A DNA stretch of 64,000 bases from Alphaproteobacteria bacterium GM202ARS2 (GTDB taxonomy: Bacteria > Pseudomonadota > Alphaproteobacteria > GM7ARS4), in assembly GCA_014323835.1 (NCBI GenBank), contig JACONH010000004.1, forward strand, positions 12,500 through 76,499, in the 5' to 3' direction. Numbering within the stretch: position 1 is the first letter of the stretch; each line of letters starts with the position of its first letter. Both the position numbers and the translations under genes were made by a program. Under the pieces are notes generated by a model. That model did no database searches. It was not told where the DNA came from and saw nothing but the letters and a program-made list of their open reading frames with translations. Positions 37,482-47,313 of the stretch are shown piece after piece.

Positions 37482-38861
37482 CTAGAGGGCTTTAATAATC
37501 CCTTCGACCATTTTTTTGGCGTCGCCGAAGAGCATCATGGTTTTTTCTTGGAAGAACAGTTCGTTTTCGATGCCGGCGTAGCCTGCCCCAAGCGACCGTT
37601 TGACAAATAGGGTCGTTGCGGCTTTATCGACATTCAAGATAGGCATACCGTAAATGGCACTGCTCGTGTCGTTACGTGCGGCAGGGTTGGTAATATCGTT
37701 CGCACCAATGACGAAAGCAACATCGGTGCTGGCGAAGTCATTGTTGATGTCGTCCAGTTCTAAGACGTCGTCATACGAGACGTTGGCTTCTGCCAGTAGC
37801 ACGTTCATGTGGCCGGGCATCCGTCCGGCAACCGGGTGAATGGCGTAGCGCACGTGCGCGCCATGCTGGGTTAGGGCTTGAGCCATCTCGTGGACGGCAT
37901 GTTGGGCTTGTGCGACTGCCATGCCGTAACCGGGCACAATGATAATACGCGCGGCATTCTTCATAATAAACGCGGCATCGTCAGCGTTGCCGGCTTTGAC
38001 GTTGCGGGCTTGTGCACCTTCTGTCGCGGGGCTGTCGTCTCCTTGTCCGAAGCCCCCCAGAATCACGCTGAGAAACGGACGATTCATGCCTTTGCACATG
38101 ATATAACTGAGGATAGCCCCTGATGAGCCCACCAGAGCCCCGACAATGATCAACAGATGATTGCTTAAGGTAAAGCCAATGCCTGCTGCTGCCCAGCCCG
38201 AATACGAGTTCAGCATCGAAACCACCACAGGCATATCTGCCCCGCCAATGGGCACAATCAGCGTCACGCCAAGAATTAACGCAAGAGCAAGAGCAGACCA
38301 AAAGTAGACGCCTTCGACATGCACAGCCAGCATAACGAGACTGGCTACCATCAGCATCGCCAGCACAAGATTGAGCAGGTGTTGCCCGACAAACACCAGC
38401 GGCGCACCGCTCACCAGCCCTTGTAATTTACTAAAAGCAACAAGAGACCCACTAAACGTCATGGCACCGATGACGACTCCGAGACCCATTTCGATGAGAC
38501 TCGCAAGAGTCGGATTGCCATCGGCATCGGCGATGCCGTAGACCTCTGGCTGGTAGAAGGCGGTAATCGCGACCATGACCGCAGCCAGTCCCACGAGGCT
38601 ATGGAATCCAGCCACCAGTTGCGGCAGTGCCGTCATGGCGATACGCCAAGCAATGAAAGCACCGATAACGCCGCCTACAGCAATGGCAACAATAATGGGT
38701 AAATGCCCCTGCACCACGGGCAACTGGAACGTTGTCGCAACCGCAAGGAGCATGCCGACAATACCCGCCGCAAGCCCGCGCCGAGACGTCGTCGGATGAG
38801 CCAGACCCCGCAACGCATAAACAAAACACAACGCCGCACCAAGATAAAGAAGAGACGTCAT
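37482..38861 (-). CDS. pntB: NAD(P) transhydrogenase beta subunit
   Basis: GFHSLVG, IGGADMPVV, PGYGMAVAQAQH and HPVAGRMPGHMNV motifs. Confidence 0.97.
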   Translation of the reverse strand: MTSLLYLGAALCFVYALRGLAHPTTSRRGLAAGIVGMLLAVATTFQLPVVQGHLPIIVAIAVGGVIGAFIAWRIAMTALPQLVAGFHSLVGLAAVMVAITAFYQPEVYGIADADGNPTLASLIEMGLGVVIGAMTFSGSLVAFSKLQGLVSGAPLVFVGQHLLNLVLAMLMVASLVMLAVHVEGVYFWSALALALILGVTLIVPIGGADMPVVVSMLNSYSGWAAAGIGFTLSNHLLIIVGALVGSSGAILSYIMCKGMNRPFLSVILGGFGQGDDSPATEGAQARNVKAGNADDAAFIMKNAARIIIVPGYGMAVAQAQHAVHEMAQALTQHGAHVRYAIHPVAGRMPGHMNVLLAEANVSYDDVLELDDINNDFASTDVAFVIGANDITNPAARNDTSSAIYGMPILNVDKAATTLFVKRSLGAGYAGIENELFFQEKTMMLFGDAKKMVEGIIKAL

Positions 38862-39223
38862 GATGATTTATCCTTTTTGTCTGTCCCCTCAGGCACGCTT
38901 TTTTTGCGGAACATAGCAAGCATACGCCACGTTACGATGAAACCGCCAAAAATATTGATGCTGGCAAGAACAATGGCAAGCAAGCCAACCCGCGGCATCG
39001 TCGCGTCAATGGCACTATGGCTACCAGAAAAAGGATCATAGGGACCCGCAGCAATAATCGCACCGACAATGATAACGCTCGATATGCCGTTGGTCATTGC
39101 CATCAAAGGAGAATGTAAGGCGGGAGTCACACCCCAGATAACGTAATAGCCGACAATAATCGCCAGAGCAAAAATCGTCAAAGCATCGATGAGAGCATCG
39201 CCATGAGGTATAGTTGCGGTCAT
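38858..39223 (-). CDS. pntAB: NAD(P) transhydrogenase alpha-2 subunit
   Basis: VTPALHSPLM and NIFGGFIVT.RML motifs. Confidence 0.93.
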   Translation of the reverse strand: MTATIPHGDALIDALTIFALAIIVGYYVIWGVTPALHSPLMAMTNGISSVIIVGAIIAAGPYDPFSGSHSAIDATMPRVGLLAIVLASINIFGGFIVTWRMLAMFRKKSVPEGTDKKDKSS

Positions 39224-40371
39224 GACAGAGTCCTCGAGATGGGTTCGCCGTTTTTAACGGCAAGGGTGCTGGTGATGATGTCGTCATCCCACGGGATACG
39301 ACTGATGTCTGCTTGCGGATTATCAGCGAACAACAGAGAAAGAAAGTCACAGACATTGCGAGAAAACAGACGGCTAGCATCTTTGGGCCATTGTGCTGCT
39401 AGCGATGCTGCCCCGATAATGGTCACGCCGTGGTGATTGATTGTCTGATAAGGCTTGCTGAGGGGACAATTGCCGCCGGCTTCGGCAGCCAAATCGACGA
39501 TGATGGCACCGGGTTTCATGCGTTTGACGAGGGCCTCTGTGAGTATACGGGGCGCGGGCTTATCCGGGATGAGCGCGCTGGTGATAACAATGTCTTGTCG
39601 GGGTAAGACCTCTTCCAGTAGCTTGGTTTGCTTTTTTTGATAGTCGCTACCGATTTCTTTTGCGTAGCCTTGTGCGGTTTCGAAGTCTGTTTGTGCGCTG
39701 TCTTCTGGCTCGAGGAACGTGGCACCGAGACTTTCCACTTGTTGCTTGGATGAGGCGCGCACATCTATGGCTGAGACTAATCCGCCCAGTCGCCTTGCGG
39801 TTGCGATGGCTTGCAAGCCTGCGACTCCTGCGCCGATAACGAGACAGCGTGCCGGCACAATCGAGCCCGCTGCCGTCATAAGCATCGGCATCAGCTGCTT
39901 GCTATGATAGGCTGCCGCGATGACAGCACCATAGCCGGCAAGGTTGCTTTGCGATGACAGCACATCCATGCTTTGTGCGCGGGTGATGCGTGCCATACGC
40001 TCGAGAGCAAACGCATAAAGCGGTTTGCCGCGGCATGCCTTCAGCACACGCTGCGAGGAAGGCTGAAACAGGCCCAAAACACAACAGCCCGACCCCAAAG
40101 AAGGAAAAGGTACGTCGTCCAGACCACTTCCCGGTACACGCACCCAAACAACAACCTGAGCCTTGCCATAAACCGACTCTGCCGATGGTACCAGGTTTGC
40201 TCCGTGCTCACGATACGCCCCATCCTCATAAGACGCCGCAACGCCCGCACCCTTTTCCACATGCACAGAAAAGCCTAAACGCACCAACATCGGCACGTGC
40301 TCAGGCACAACCGCAACCCGCTGGTCACGGTCTACAACTTCACGAGGTATCAATAAAACAGGCTTCGACAA
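39220..40371 (-). CDS. pntAA: NAD(P) transhydrogenase alpha-1 subunit
   Basis: RAQSMDVLSSQ, GAGVAGLQAIATA and DLAAEAGGNC motifs. Confidence 0.95.
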   Translation of the reverse strand: MSKPVLLIPREVVDRDQRVAVVPEHVPMLVRLGFSVHVEKGAGVAASYEDGAYREHGANLVPSAESVYGKAQVVVWVRVPGSGLDDVPFPSLGSGCCVLGLFQPSSQRVLKACRGKPLYAFALERMARITRAQSMDVLSSQSNLAGYGAVIAAAYHSKQLMPMLMTAAGSIVPARCLVIGAGVAGLQAIATARRLGGLVSAIDVRASSKQQVESLGATFLEPEDSAQTDFETAQGYAKEIGSDYQKKQTKLLEEVLPRQDIVITSALIPDKPAPRILTEALVKRMKPGAIIVDLAAEAGGNCPLSKPYQTINHHGVTIIGAASLAAQWPKDASRLFSRNVCDFLSLLFADNPQADISRIPWDDDIITSTLAVKNGEPISRTLS

Positions 40372-40378
40372 CGTTGGC

Positions 40379-41023
40379 TCAAAGAAAAAATTGACGCCAC
40401 TCCTCCATAGGCACCTCTATATTAAATGCAGGTGACGCATACGTGCAAGCAAAATCAAAAACCAAAACGCTATGAGGGTTATAACACGGATAAAGAAACG
40501 CATAATACAGGCTGGCGACAAAGAAAACAAAAGAAACAAGAAATAAAAAACTGGTGCGCAAACCATAGCCAAACCCTTTTACGTGGTGGGACGTCTGATG
40601 AGGTGAAGACGGCTTTTTAGGTGTGCTACGCACTCGAGGGCGAGGCTCGGCAGGCGGAACAGGTAAAGACGAAAACATGGGCTTGCGAGGCTTGGATTTC
40701 GTGGCACGACGGATATGCTGCTTGGCTTTATCAAAACCCAGCTTCCACCAAGCTTTTTTCTTGCCATACAAAATCTCATTGAGCTCTTCTTCCCACTGGT
40801 TGATAGCCCCCTGCACGAAAGAGCCGCGGTCGGATGAAGGAAAAGCCTGTGCCATCCGCTGCAAGTGAGGATTATCATGCAGCTGCGGCGGACTCGACGA
40901 CGCATGAGGATACGCATCCCAAATATGACCGCATTGATTGCAACGACAACGACGACCCCCTTGCGGAATCATCGAGTCGGCAACAGAAAAGTCAGTGCTA
41001 CAGGAAGGACAGGAAATAATCAT
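40379..41023 (-). CDS. Zinc-ribbon (MJ0042-type) membrane protein
   Basis: MIISCPSC...RCRCNQCGHIW, Pro-rich linker and C-terminal TM; divergent from ftsE. Confidence 0.8.
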   Translation of the reverse strand: MIISCPSCSTDFSVADSMIPQGGRRCRCNQCGHIWDAYPHASSSPPQLHDNPHLQRMAQAFPSSDRGSFVQGAINQWEEELNEILYGKKKAWWKLGFDKAKQHIRRATKSKPRKPMFSSLPVPPAEPRPRVRSTPKKPSSPHQTSHHVKGFGYGLRTSFLFLVSFVFFVASLYYAFLYPCYNPHSVLVFDFACTYASPAFNIEVPMEEWRQFFL

Positions 41024-41167
41024 TGCCAGGGGACTCTTGCCATCTTTACGAGCGTCAAATAGATAGCGTATAAAAGGACGATACGTCCACTTATACCCTC
41101 AATTGTAGGGAGACAGCGATAGCATTGTCAAAGCAAAAGTGGCCTGAGGTGTGATTTGTTCTGTATT

Positions 41168-41869
41168 ATGGTACGTTTTGAGAATGTCAGTTTCGGGTAT
41201 GTGGCAGAGCATGCCATTTTGCGCGAGCTCTCTTTTGAGCTGAGCGTCGGTACGTTCCATTTTTTAACCGGTGCAAGTGGCGCGGGCAAGTCTTCGTTAC
41301 TGAAGATGATTTATATGGCTCTCGTGCCATCGACGGGTCGTCTGACCCTGTTTAACCGCTATGTGCACGAATTGAAGCGTCACGAGAAGACGTCGTTGCG
41401 GCGGCGTATTGGCGTTGTTTTTCAAGATTTTCGCCTGTTGTCGCACTTGACAGTCTGGGAGAACGTAGCGTTGCCCCTTTGGGTTGATCCGAGTCAGCGG
41501 GGCCATGCCTTCGAGCACGCCCAAGAAGCTTTACAATGGGCAGACATGGGCGACTATCTCGAGCGTTATCCGCAGACCTTGTCTGGCGGACAGCAACAGC
41601 GTGTGGCTATCGTGCGCGCCATTATCAACAAGCCCGACCTTCTTATCGCTGACGAGCCCACCGGCAACGTCGATGATAAAAGCACCCAGCGATTCTTTCA
41701 CCTGTTCGAAGAGCTCCACAAACAAGGCACCACTGTGATTGTTGCGACCCACGACAGCAAATTATTGCAACGCTATCAGCATCGTATCTTGTGCCTGCAC
41801 GATGGCACCCTCACGGAGCAAAGCCAAGCCCTGTTCACCCCCGCCCCTCTCGACGAGCCTTTACCATGA
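41168..41869 (+). CDS. ftsE: Cell division ATP-binding protein FtsE
   Basis: [26 protein letters not shown] and ADEPTGN motifs. Confidence 0.93.
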   Translation: MVRFENVSFGYVAEHAILRELSFELSVGTFHFLTGASGAGKSSLLKMIYMALVPSTGRLTLFNRYVHELKRHEKTSLRRRIGVVFQDFRLLSHLTVWENVALPLWVDPSQRGHAFEHAQEALQWADMGDYLERYPQTLSGGQQQRVAIVRAIINKPDLLIADEPTGNVDDKSTQRFFHLFEELHKQGTTVIVATHDSKLLQRYQHRILCLHDGTLTEQSQALFTPAPLDEPLP

Positions 41870-42768
41870 CTCTCGCTGCTCTTCCTCACTCCAGCGATGC
41901 CCCTCTGCTTTTCATTCAGTGGGCAGTGGGCGGAATCGTCTATGCCGCTTCCGTCATGTTCGTTGGCGTTTTCATCGCATCGCATATTGTCTCGCATTGG
42001 CAAAACCAGCTGGAAGGCCACGTGACCATGCAACTCATTACCAAGCAAGGGGCCAAGCAAGAGCAACAGAAGAAAGATGCCACCGAACAAGATAAACAAC
42101 GTATTCTCCAGCTGGTGCGAGGGACACCAGCCATAGCCCAAGCCGTGTGGCTGGAAGAAGAAGAGGTCATACGCTTGTTGCAACCATGGCTGGGGAGCAA
42201 CATAGACATTGTGCAAGGAATCAGTTTGCCCGCGGTCATCGATGTTACGCTGAAAGCTCAGCACGCCCTCGACCCGCAGCCTCTGCGGCAAACCTTGAGC
42301 GATTGGGGATACACCCTCCTCATCGAGGAGCATAACCGCTGGTTCTCGGACAACTTTGCCTTTCTCGGACGGCTCAAGCTGTTCGTCGCCACGATGATGC
42401 TCCTGTTGACGGCGGTCGCGGCACTGGTCGTCTTCTTCATGGTGCGGGTCGGCGTTGCCCTCCATCGAGAGACTATCGATATTTTGTGTTTGGTCGGCGC
42501 ACGAGACGCCTATATCCGCAAAACGCTGACGCGCCGCTTTTCCTTCGCTGCCTTCCGAGGCGGGGCTTTCGCCAGTATACTCGCAGCACTCACTCTCGTT
42601 GGACTGGGCGCCCTGCACGAGCATGGACTCTTCTGGTTCCAACATGCACCCACAACAGAAAAACAACTCCTGTGGGGCATGATGCTCATCATCCCCTTTA
42701 TCTTCGTCGGTGTCGTTGCTCTGGTCACAACACTAACGACCCAGCGAGTCCTCACACGTATGCTATAG
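41866..42768 (+). CDS. ftsX: Cell division permease FtsX
   Basis: ATGA overlap with ftsE; LLQPWLG, LPAVIDV and LVGA.DAYI motifs; 4 TMs. Confidence 0.85.
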   Translation: MTLAALPHSSDAPLLFIQWAVGGIVYAASVMFVGVFIASHIVSHWQNQLEGHVTMQLITKQGAKQEQQKKDATEQDKQRILQLVRGTPAIAQAVWLEEEEVIRLLQPWLGSNIDIVQGISLPAVIDVTLKAQHALDPQPLRQTLSDWGYTLLIEEHNRWFSDNFAFLGRLKLFVATMMLLLTAVAALVVFFMVRVGVALHRETIDILCLVGARDAYIRKTLTRRFSFAAFRGGAFASILAALTLVGLGALHEHGLFWFQHAPTTEKQLLWGMMLIIPFIFVGVVALVTTLTTQRVLTRML

Positions 42769-42815
42769 TAATAAGAACACACCATACCCCCCGCAAGACC
42801 ACATGAGATGTCATT

Positions 42816-43532
42816 ATGGCTTACGTTGTTACCTTTTTCCGCTCCCTCCTATTCCAGCTCTTTTTGTATACGGTTTTGTATGGCTTGGTCGTCATTGGCA
42901 TGGTCTGGTTTCTGCTGTTTCCTGTGGCTTATGTGCGGGGCTTTTTGAGTCTGTGGACAAAGATGACACTGTTCTCGACGCGAGTCATTTTGGGCTTGAA
43001 ACACGAGGTCTCGGGCTTGGACAATCTGCCTGCTGAAGGGGCTTTGGTCGCTTCCGTGCACCAATCGATGTGGGATGTGATTTTTTTTCCGTCCGTTATC
43101 AAGGATTGTATCTATATTTTGAAGCGAGAGCTGACGTGGATTCCCTTTTATGGTTGGTTCCTCCTTCGTGCGCGGATGATAGCGGTGGGACGTCGCGGCG
43201 GCATTGCTGAGCTTGTTGCTGCGTTCAAGAGTCGTCGCCGTTCTGGTTTGCGTCACTTTGTTATTTTTCCGCAAGGGGCACGGCGTCCTTACGGCGAGCG
43301 GGTGCGTCTGCTGCCCGGCATCGGCGCGCTCTATGAAGCAAGTGACCTGCCTGTCGTCCCGGTGGTACTGGATTCAGGACGTTATTGGCGGCGCAGACGA
43401 TTCCTCATCTATAGCGGAACCATCCGTGTGCACTTCTTGCCACCCATAGAGGCAGGTTTGCCTCGACAGGTCATGATGCGCCGGTTGACAACGGCTCTAT
43501 CGCCGCAAGAGACTCCCCCTCAAGCTTCTTGA
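42816..43532 (+). CDS. plsC: 1-acyl-sn-glycerol-3-phosphate acyltransferase
   Basis: HQSMWD (HX4D), LKREL..IP.YGW and IFPQG motifs. Confidence 0.85.
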   Translation: MAYVVTFFRSLLFQLFLYTVLYGLVVIGMVWFLLFPVAYVRGFLSLWTKMTLFSTRVILGLKHEVSGLDNLPAEGALVASVHQSMWDVIFFPSVIKDCIYILKRELTWIPFYGWFLLRARMIAVGRRGGIAELVAAFKSRRRSGLRHFVIFPQGARRPYGERVRLLPGIGALYEASDLPVVPVVLDSGRYWRRRRFLIYSGTIRVHFLPPIEAGLPRQVMMRRLTTALSPQETPPQAS

Positions 43533-43571
43533 AGATACCTTAGTGTGCGTGCATCCGCACTCTTGAGCCCA

Positions 43572-44459
43572 TTAGTGGGCGTGAGCAAGGGTGTTTCTGC
43601 GCATTTCTTCTAAGGCTCTGCGTTTGATTTTACGCAAGGCACCCAACTCGATTTGACGCACCCGTTCGCGGCTGATGTTATGCTGTCGAGCAAGATCTTG
43701 CAGCGTCTTGGGTTCTTCCTTGATATGGCGTTCCTCGAGGATGTTTCGTTCCCTTTGAGTCAGGCTCCCCATGGCTTTTTTGAGAATGGCTCTTTGATGA
43801 GTCAGCTCGTTTTGCTCGGTGATTTGCTCTTCGGCGTTGGGCGTATCATCCGGCAAGACATCGACAAACTCGACGGCTTCATTCTCATCGTGGACGAGCG
43901 TATTAAGAGACATATCGCCTTGCGTGAGACGGCGGTTCATATCGATGACGTCCTCCTGAGAGACCTGCAGCTCTTGCGAGATGAGGGCGACTTGTTTTTC
44001 GCTCAAGTCGCTTTTGTCGAAGATATGGAGTTTGCTTTTGATGCGTTTCAAGCCAAAGAAGAGTCTTTTGCGTGCCGCGGCGGTACCTGCCCGCACCAAA
44101 GACCAAGAACTCAGCACATATTCGGTGATAGAGGCGCGCACCCACCACATGGCATACGTCGACAGACGAAAGCCCAAATCCGGGTCAAAGCGTTTCACCG
44201 CACGCATCAAACCAATGTTGCCCTCAGATATCAAATCAGAAATAGGCAAGCCATAGTTACGATACTTCAACGCCACTCGCGCAACAAGACGCAAATGAGC
44301 AATCACAAGCTTGTGAGCAGCATCAGTGTCACGGGACTCAATCCAGCGGCGAGCAAGACGACACTCCTCCTGCTTCGTCAAAATAGGCACGCGGTTAATA
44401 CGGCGCAAGTAACCGCCCAATCCACCCTCTGAATCAACAATCAATGGAAACGATGTCAT
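43572..44459 (-). CDS. rpoH: RNA polymerase sigma-32 factor
   Basis: DLISEGNIGLM, FRLSTYAMWW, RpoH-box-like RKRLFFGLK and SRERVRQIE motifs. Confidence 0.92.
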   Translation of the reverse strand: MTSFPLIVDSEGGLGGYLRRINRVPILTKQEECRLARRWIESRDTDAAHKLVIAHLRLVARVALKYRNYGLPISDLISEGNIGLMRAVKRFDPDLGFRLSTYAMWWVRASITEYVLSSWSLVRAGTAAARKRLFFGLKRIKSKLHIFDKSDLSEKQVALISQELQVSQEDVIDMNRRLTQGDMSLNTLVHDENEAVEFVDVLPDDTPNAEEQITEQNELTHQRAILKKAMGSLTQRERNILEERHIKEEPKTLQDLARQHNISRERVRQIELGALRKIKRRALEEMRRNTLAHAH

Positions 44460-44673
44460 AGCTCTCGATACCTCTCTCAAACAAAATACCCCACACAACC
44501 AGTATAAGATAGCCAAGTGAACAAACAATGAACATAAACAGAATGTCAGAAGGAAAGACAATCCTTTTCTGAGAATGTTTTTGCTTTCTTTGCTGTCTGT
44601 GTGTAACTATATCCTTAACGTGTGTGCGAGGTTTTATCTGTCGTCTTTTTTTTGGAGTCTTAGGGGTTGCGTT

Positions 44674-45375
44674 ATGTTTCAAGATTTTGATTTAGTTTTG
44701 TTGGCTTTGGTTGCTGGCTTTTTGATTTTGCGTCTGCGGGCGGTTCTGGGTGAACGGCATGGAGCGGACAGTCCGCCTTCTTCTGGCGTTTATGACAAGG
44801 CTGGCGAGTCGTCATCGGGAGTCGTCATTGACGTTGAGGCACGTGAGGCTGAACCGGAGGCACCTGCTCCTGTCAAGGAGGAGTCGGCTGAAGAGAAGGC
44901 GTGGCAGAAGCAGTTTGCTTCTATGGCAGCTTTGAAGGCACACATGGAGACGTTTACCATGGAGGCTTTCTTGCAGGGGGTGCAGAAGGTCTTTTATCGA
45001 GTCCATGAAGCCTATATCAAGGGCGATGTCGAGTCGGTGCGTTTTTTGCTCGAAAAGGACGTCTACGAGCGTTTTCGTGCTGCCATCGCAGCCCGCAAGG
45101 AGAATAGCCATCGCCAAGAGTCATCTTTGGTCGGCATCGACTCCTGTGAGCCCATCGATGTTTATGTAGACAAGAAAAGTGCCGAGATCACCGTCAAGAT
45201 TGTGTCCGGTCAGGTCAACGCGCTTTATGACAAGGAGGGCACATGCGTGCAGGGCGATGCCGAGAAGATTGTGTCGTTGACGGACATTTGGGTTTTTTCT
45301 CGTTCTTTTTCGGCAAGAGATAAGATTTGGTATTTGCGTCAGACTCGCAACGACAAGCCTTCTCATGATGACTGA
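44674..45375 (+). CDS. Tim44/TimA family protein
   Basis: LRLRAVLGER.G N-terminus; C-terminal DIWVFSR...WYL. Confidence 0.88.
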   Translation: MFQDFDLVLLALVAGFLILRLRAVLGERHGADSPPSSGVYDKAGESSSGVVIDVEAREAEPEAPAPVKEESAEEKAWQKQFASMAALKAHMETFTMEAFLQGVQKVFYRVHEAYIKGDVESVRFLLEKDVYERFRAAIAARKENSHRQESSLVGIDSCEPIDVYVDKKSAEITVKIVSGQVNALYDKEGTCVQGDAEKIVSLTDIWVFSRSFSARDKIWYLRQTRNDKPSHDD

Positions 45376-46678
45376 TTGGCGTGGCGTGCGTCATTATGTG
45401 CGCACCCGGTCTTTTTGGCGTTGGTGTTATGGGGGCAGCGCGGTTGCTGTCGCTGTTTTATTGGGGTGGGGTTTGGCACAGCGGCATGTCGCTGAACTCG
45501 AGCCGACAACGCAGACACAGCGTTCATGGCATCTGCAAGCCACAACGTTCGATGCTTTGGGCGCGCCATGGCATAGCTATCAAGAGTGGCAGGGGGCATG
45601 GCGGGCTTTTCTTGCCAGTTGTTCTGTTCGACAACGTTGGCGTCTGGTGACTCAGCCTGAGACGTATGACTTTTTGCCTGTTGCGGCGCGCACACCATCG
45701 CTCTGGCAACGCTTGTGTCGGCAGGCAGAGCAGGACGTTGACCCGCAGGACAGTCAAGCCATACGCGCATGGCTGGAAACGTATTTGCTCCCCTATCGTT
45801 TCGTTAAGGAGGGCAACAAAGACGAGGGGAACGAGGGGCTACGTGGGTTGTTTACGGGCTATTTTCGTCCCATTTTGTTGGGCTCGGCGCGGCGCACCGA
45901 GCAGTTCCCTGAGCCCATTTATGGTGTGCCTTCTGATCTTGTCGTCATTGATAGCGAATCGTTTGTCGCATGCGAGGCTTGCCCGCCTTCTTTGGTTGGA
46001 CAACTGCGCGGCAGACGGGTGGTGCCGTATCCTTCAAGAGGCGACATTATGGCTGGGGCTATCGATGGCGTTGCTCCCGTGTTGGCGTGGGCACAAGACG
46101 ATATCGATGTCTTCGTCTTGTCGGTGCAGGGGAGCGGTAAAGTCCGCCTAACAGATGGCACAACGTTGGTGCTACGCTATGCCGCTCGTAATGGCCATAC
46201 GTACAAAAGCTTGGGACGTATCTTAAAGCAGCGAGGCTTATTATGGCATGAAGAGCCCATCACGTGGCCCAAGCTGCGACAGTGGCTCGAGGACAATCCG
46301 ACAAAACGCCGTAGTGTGCTGGCGGACAATCCGCTCTACATCTTTTTCGAGGAAGCACCCGACGACATCGGTGCTGTTGGTTCGCTGGGCGTGCCTTTGG
46401 TGGACGGCCATGCTTTGGCGGTCGATACCCGCTTTATTCCTCTTGGCTTACCTTTGTGGGTGACCACAACACATCCCCTGTCTACGCAGACGTGGTCACA
46501 GCTGATGATGGCACAGGATACAGGAAGTGCCGTCAAAGGAGTCGTGCGCGGCGATATCTTCTGGGGCGAAGGCGCACAGGCAGAAATCTCGGCAGGCTTG
46601 ATGAATTATCAAGGCGACTATGTTATACTGCTCCCGAACCCGTCCGCACCGTCGGTCACGTCAACGATGAAAAAATAA
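45365..46678 (+). CDS. mltA: Membrane-bound lytic murein transglycosylase A
   Basis: FTGYF.P, VQGSG, LAVD, AQDTGSAVKG..RGDIFWG motifs. Confidence 0.93.
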   Translation: MMTDWRGVRHYVRTRSFWRWCYGGSAVAVAVLLGWGLAQRHVAELEPTTQTQRSWHLQATTFDALGAPWHSYQEWQGAWRAFLASCSVRQRWRLVTQPETYDFLPVAARTPSLWQRLCRQAEQDVDPQDSQAIRAWLETYLLPYRFVKEGNKDEGNEGLRGLFTGYFRPILLGSARRTEQFPEPIYGVPSDLVVIDSESFVACEACPPSLVGQLRGRRVVPYPSRGDIMAGAIDGVAPVLAWAQDDIDVFVLSVQGSGKVRLTDGTTLVLRYAARNGHTYKSLGRILKQRGLLWHEEPITWPKLRQWLEDNPTKRRSVLADNPLYIFFEEAPDDIGAVGSLGVPLVDGHALAVDTRFIPLGLPLWVTTTHPLSTQTWSQLMMAQDTGSAVKGVVRGDIFWGEGAQAEISAGLMNYQGDYVILLPNPSAPSVTSTMKK

Positions 46679-46692
46679 CCGCCATAACCGCC

Positions 46693-47313
46693 ATGACCGA
46701 TAAGACACAAAGGGATACATCGAAGGCTTTGTCGCAGGAAGACGAGGCTCTGTGGCAACAAGAAGTCGAAGGCATAACGCCTATAAAAGGCAAACGTATG
46801 AGCAAAAGGCACGTTGCTCCACCCATTCACGTTCTGTCTACTCGAGACGACTCCTTTCATAAAACCTACAGACCCCACGAGCGAAGAGTAGACGATAACG
46901 TGTCCGATGAGCGCGGGCTGGCACCGTTAGCGGTCAATAAACAGGGGAGCAGTGGTGTGTCGCGCCATGAACAGCGCAACTTACGTAAGGGGCAGGTTGT
47001 TATCGATGGACGCTTGGACTTGCACAAGCTGAACCGCGAGCAAGCAAGACTACGGGTGCATGCTTTTGTGCGAAAGGGGTATGCGACAGGTGCTCGAATT
47101 CTCCATGTTATTACGGGGACGGGCAAGGGGCGGGATAACAACAGTGGCGTGCTCAGAGCATCACTGGTGGATTGGCTCAACGAGGAGTCCATCAGACCCA
47201 TGGTTGTGCTGGTTTCATCTGCTGCTGGTCACCATGGCGGCGAGGGTGCCTTCTACGTGCGTCTGAAGAGAAATCGCCAGCTCGACCGAGCTCACAAGAA
47301 CGAGCAACGTTGA
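46693..47313 (+). CDS. Smr/MutS2 C-terminal domain protein
   Basis: RLDLH, VITGTGKG and HGGEGAFYV motifs. Confidence 0.9.
   Translation: MTDKTQRDTSKALSQEDEALWQQEVEGITPIKGKRMSKRHVAPPIHVLSTRDDSFHKTYRPHERRVDDNVSDERGLAPLAVNKQGSSGVSRHEQRNLRKGQVVIDGRLDLHKLNREQARLRVHAFVRKGYATGARILHVITGTGKGRDNNSGVLRASLVDWLNEESIRPMVVLVSSAAGHHGGEGAFYVRLKRNRQLDRAHKNEQR

Noticed and set aside
41776-42666. 296-aa antisense ORF
   Set aside because: Shadow of ftsX
43540-43583. Degenerate duplicate of the rpoH 3' end (ttagtg.gcgtg)
   Set aside because: Only an 11/12 match, which could be chance
43653-44432. 259-aa antisense ORF
   Set aside because: Shadow of rpoH
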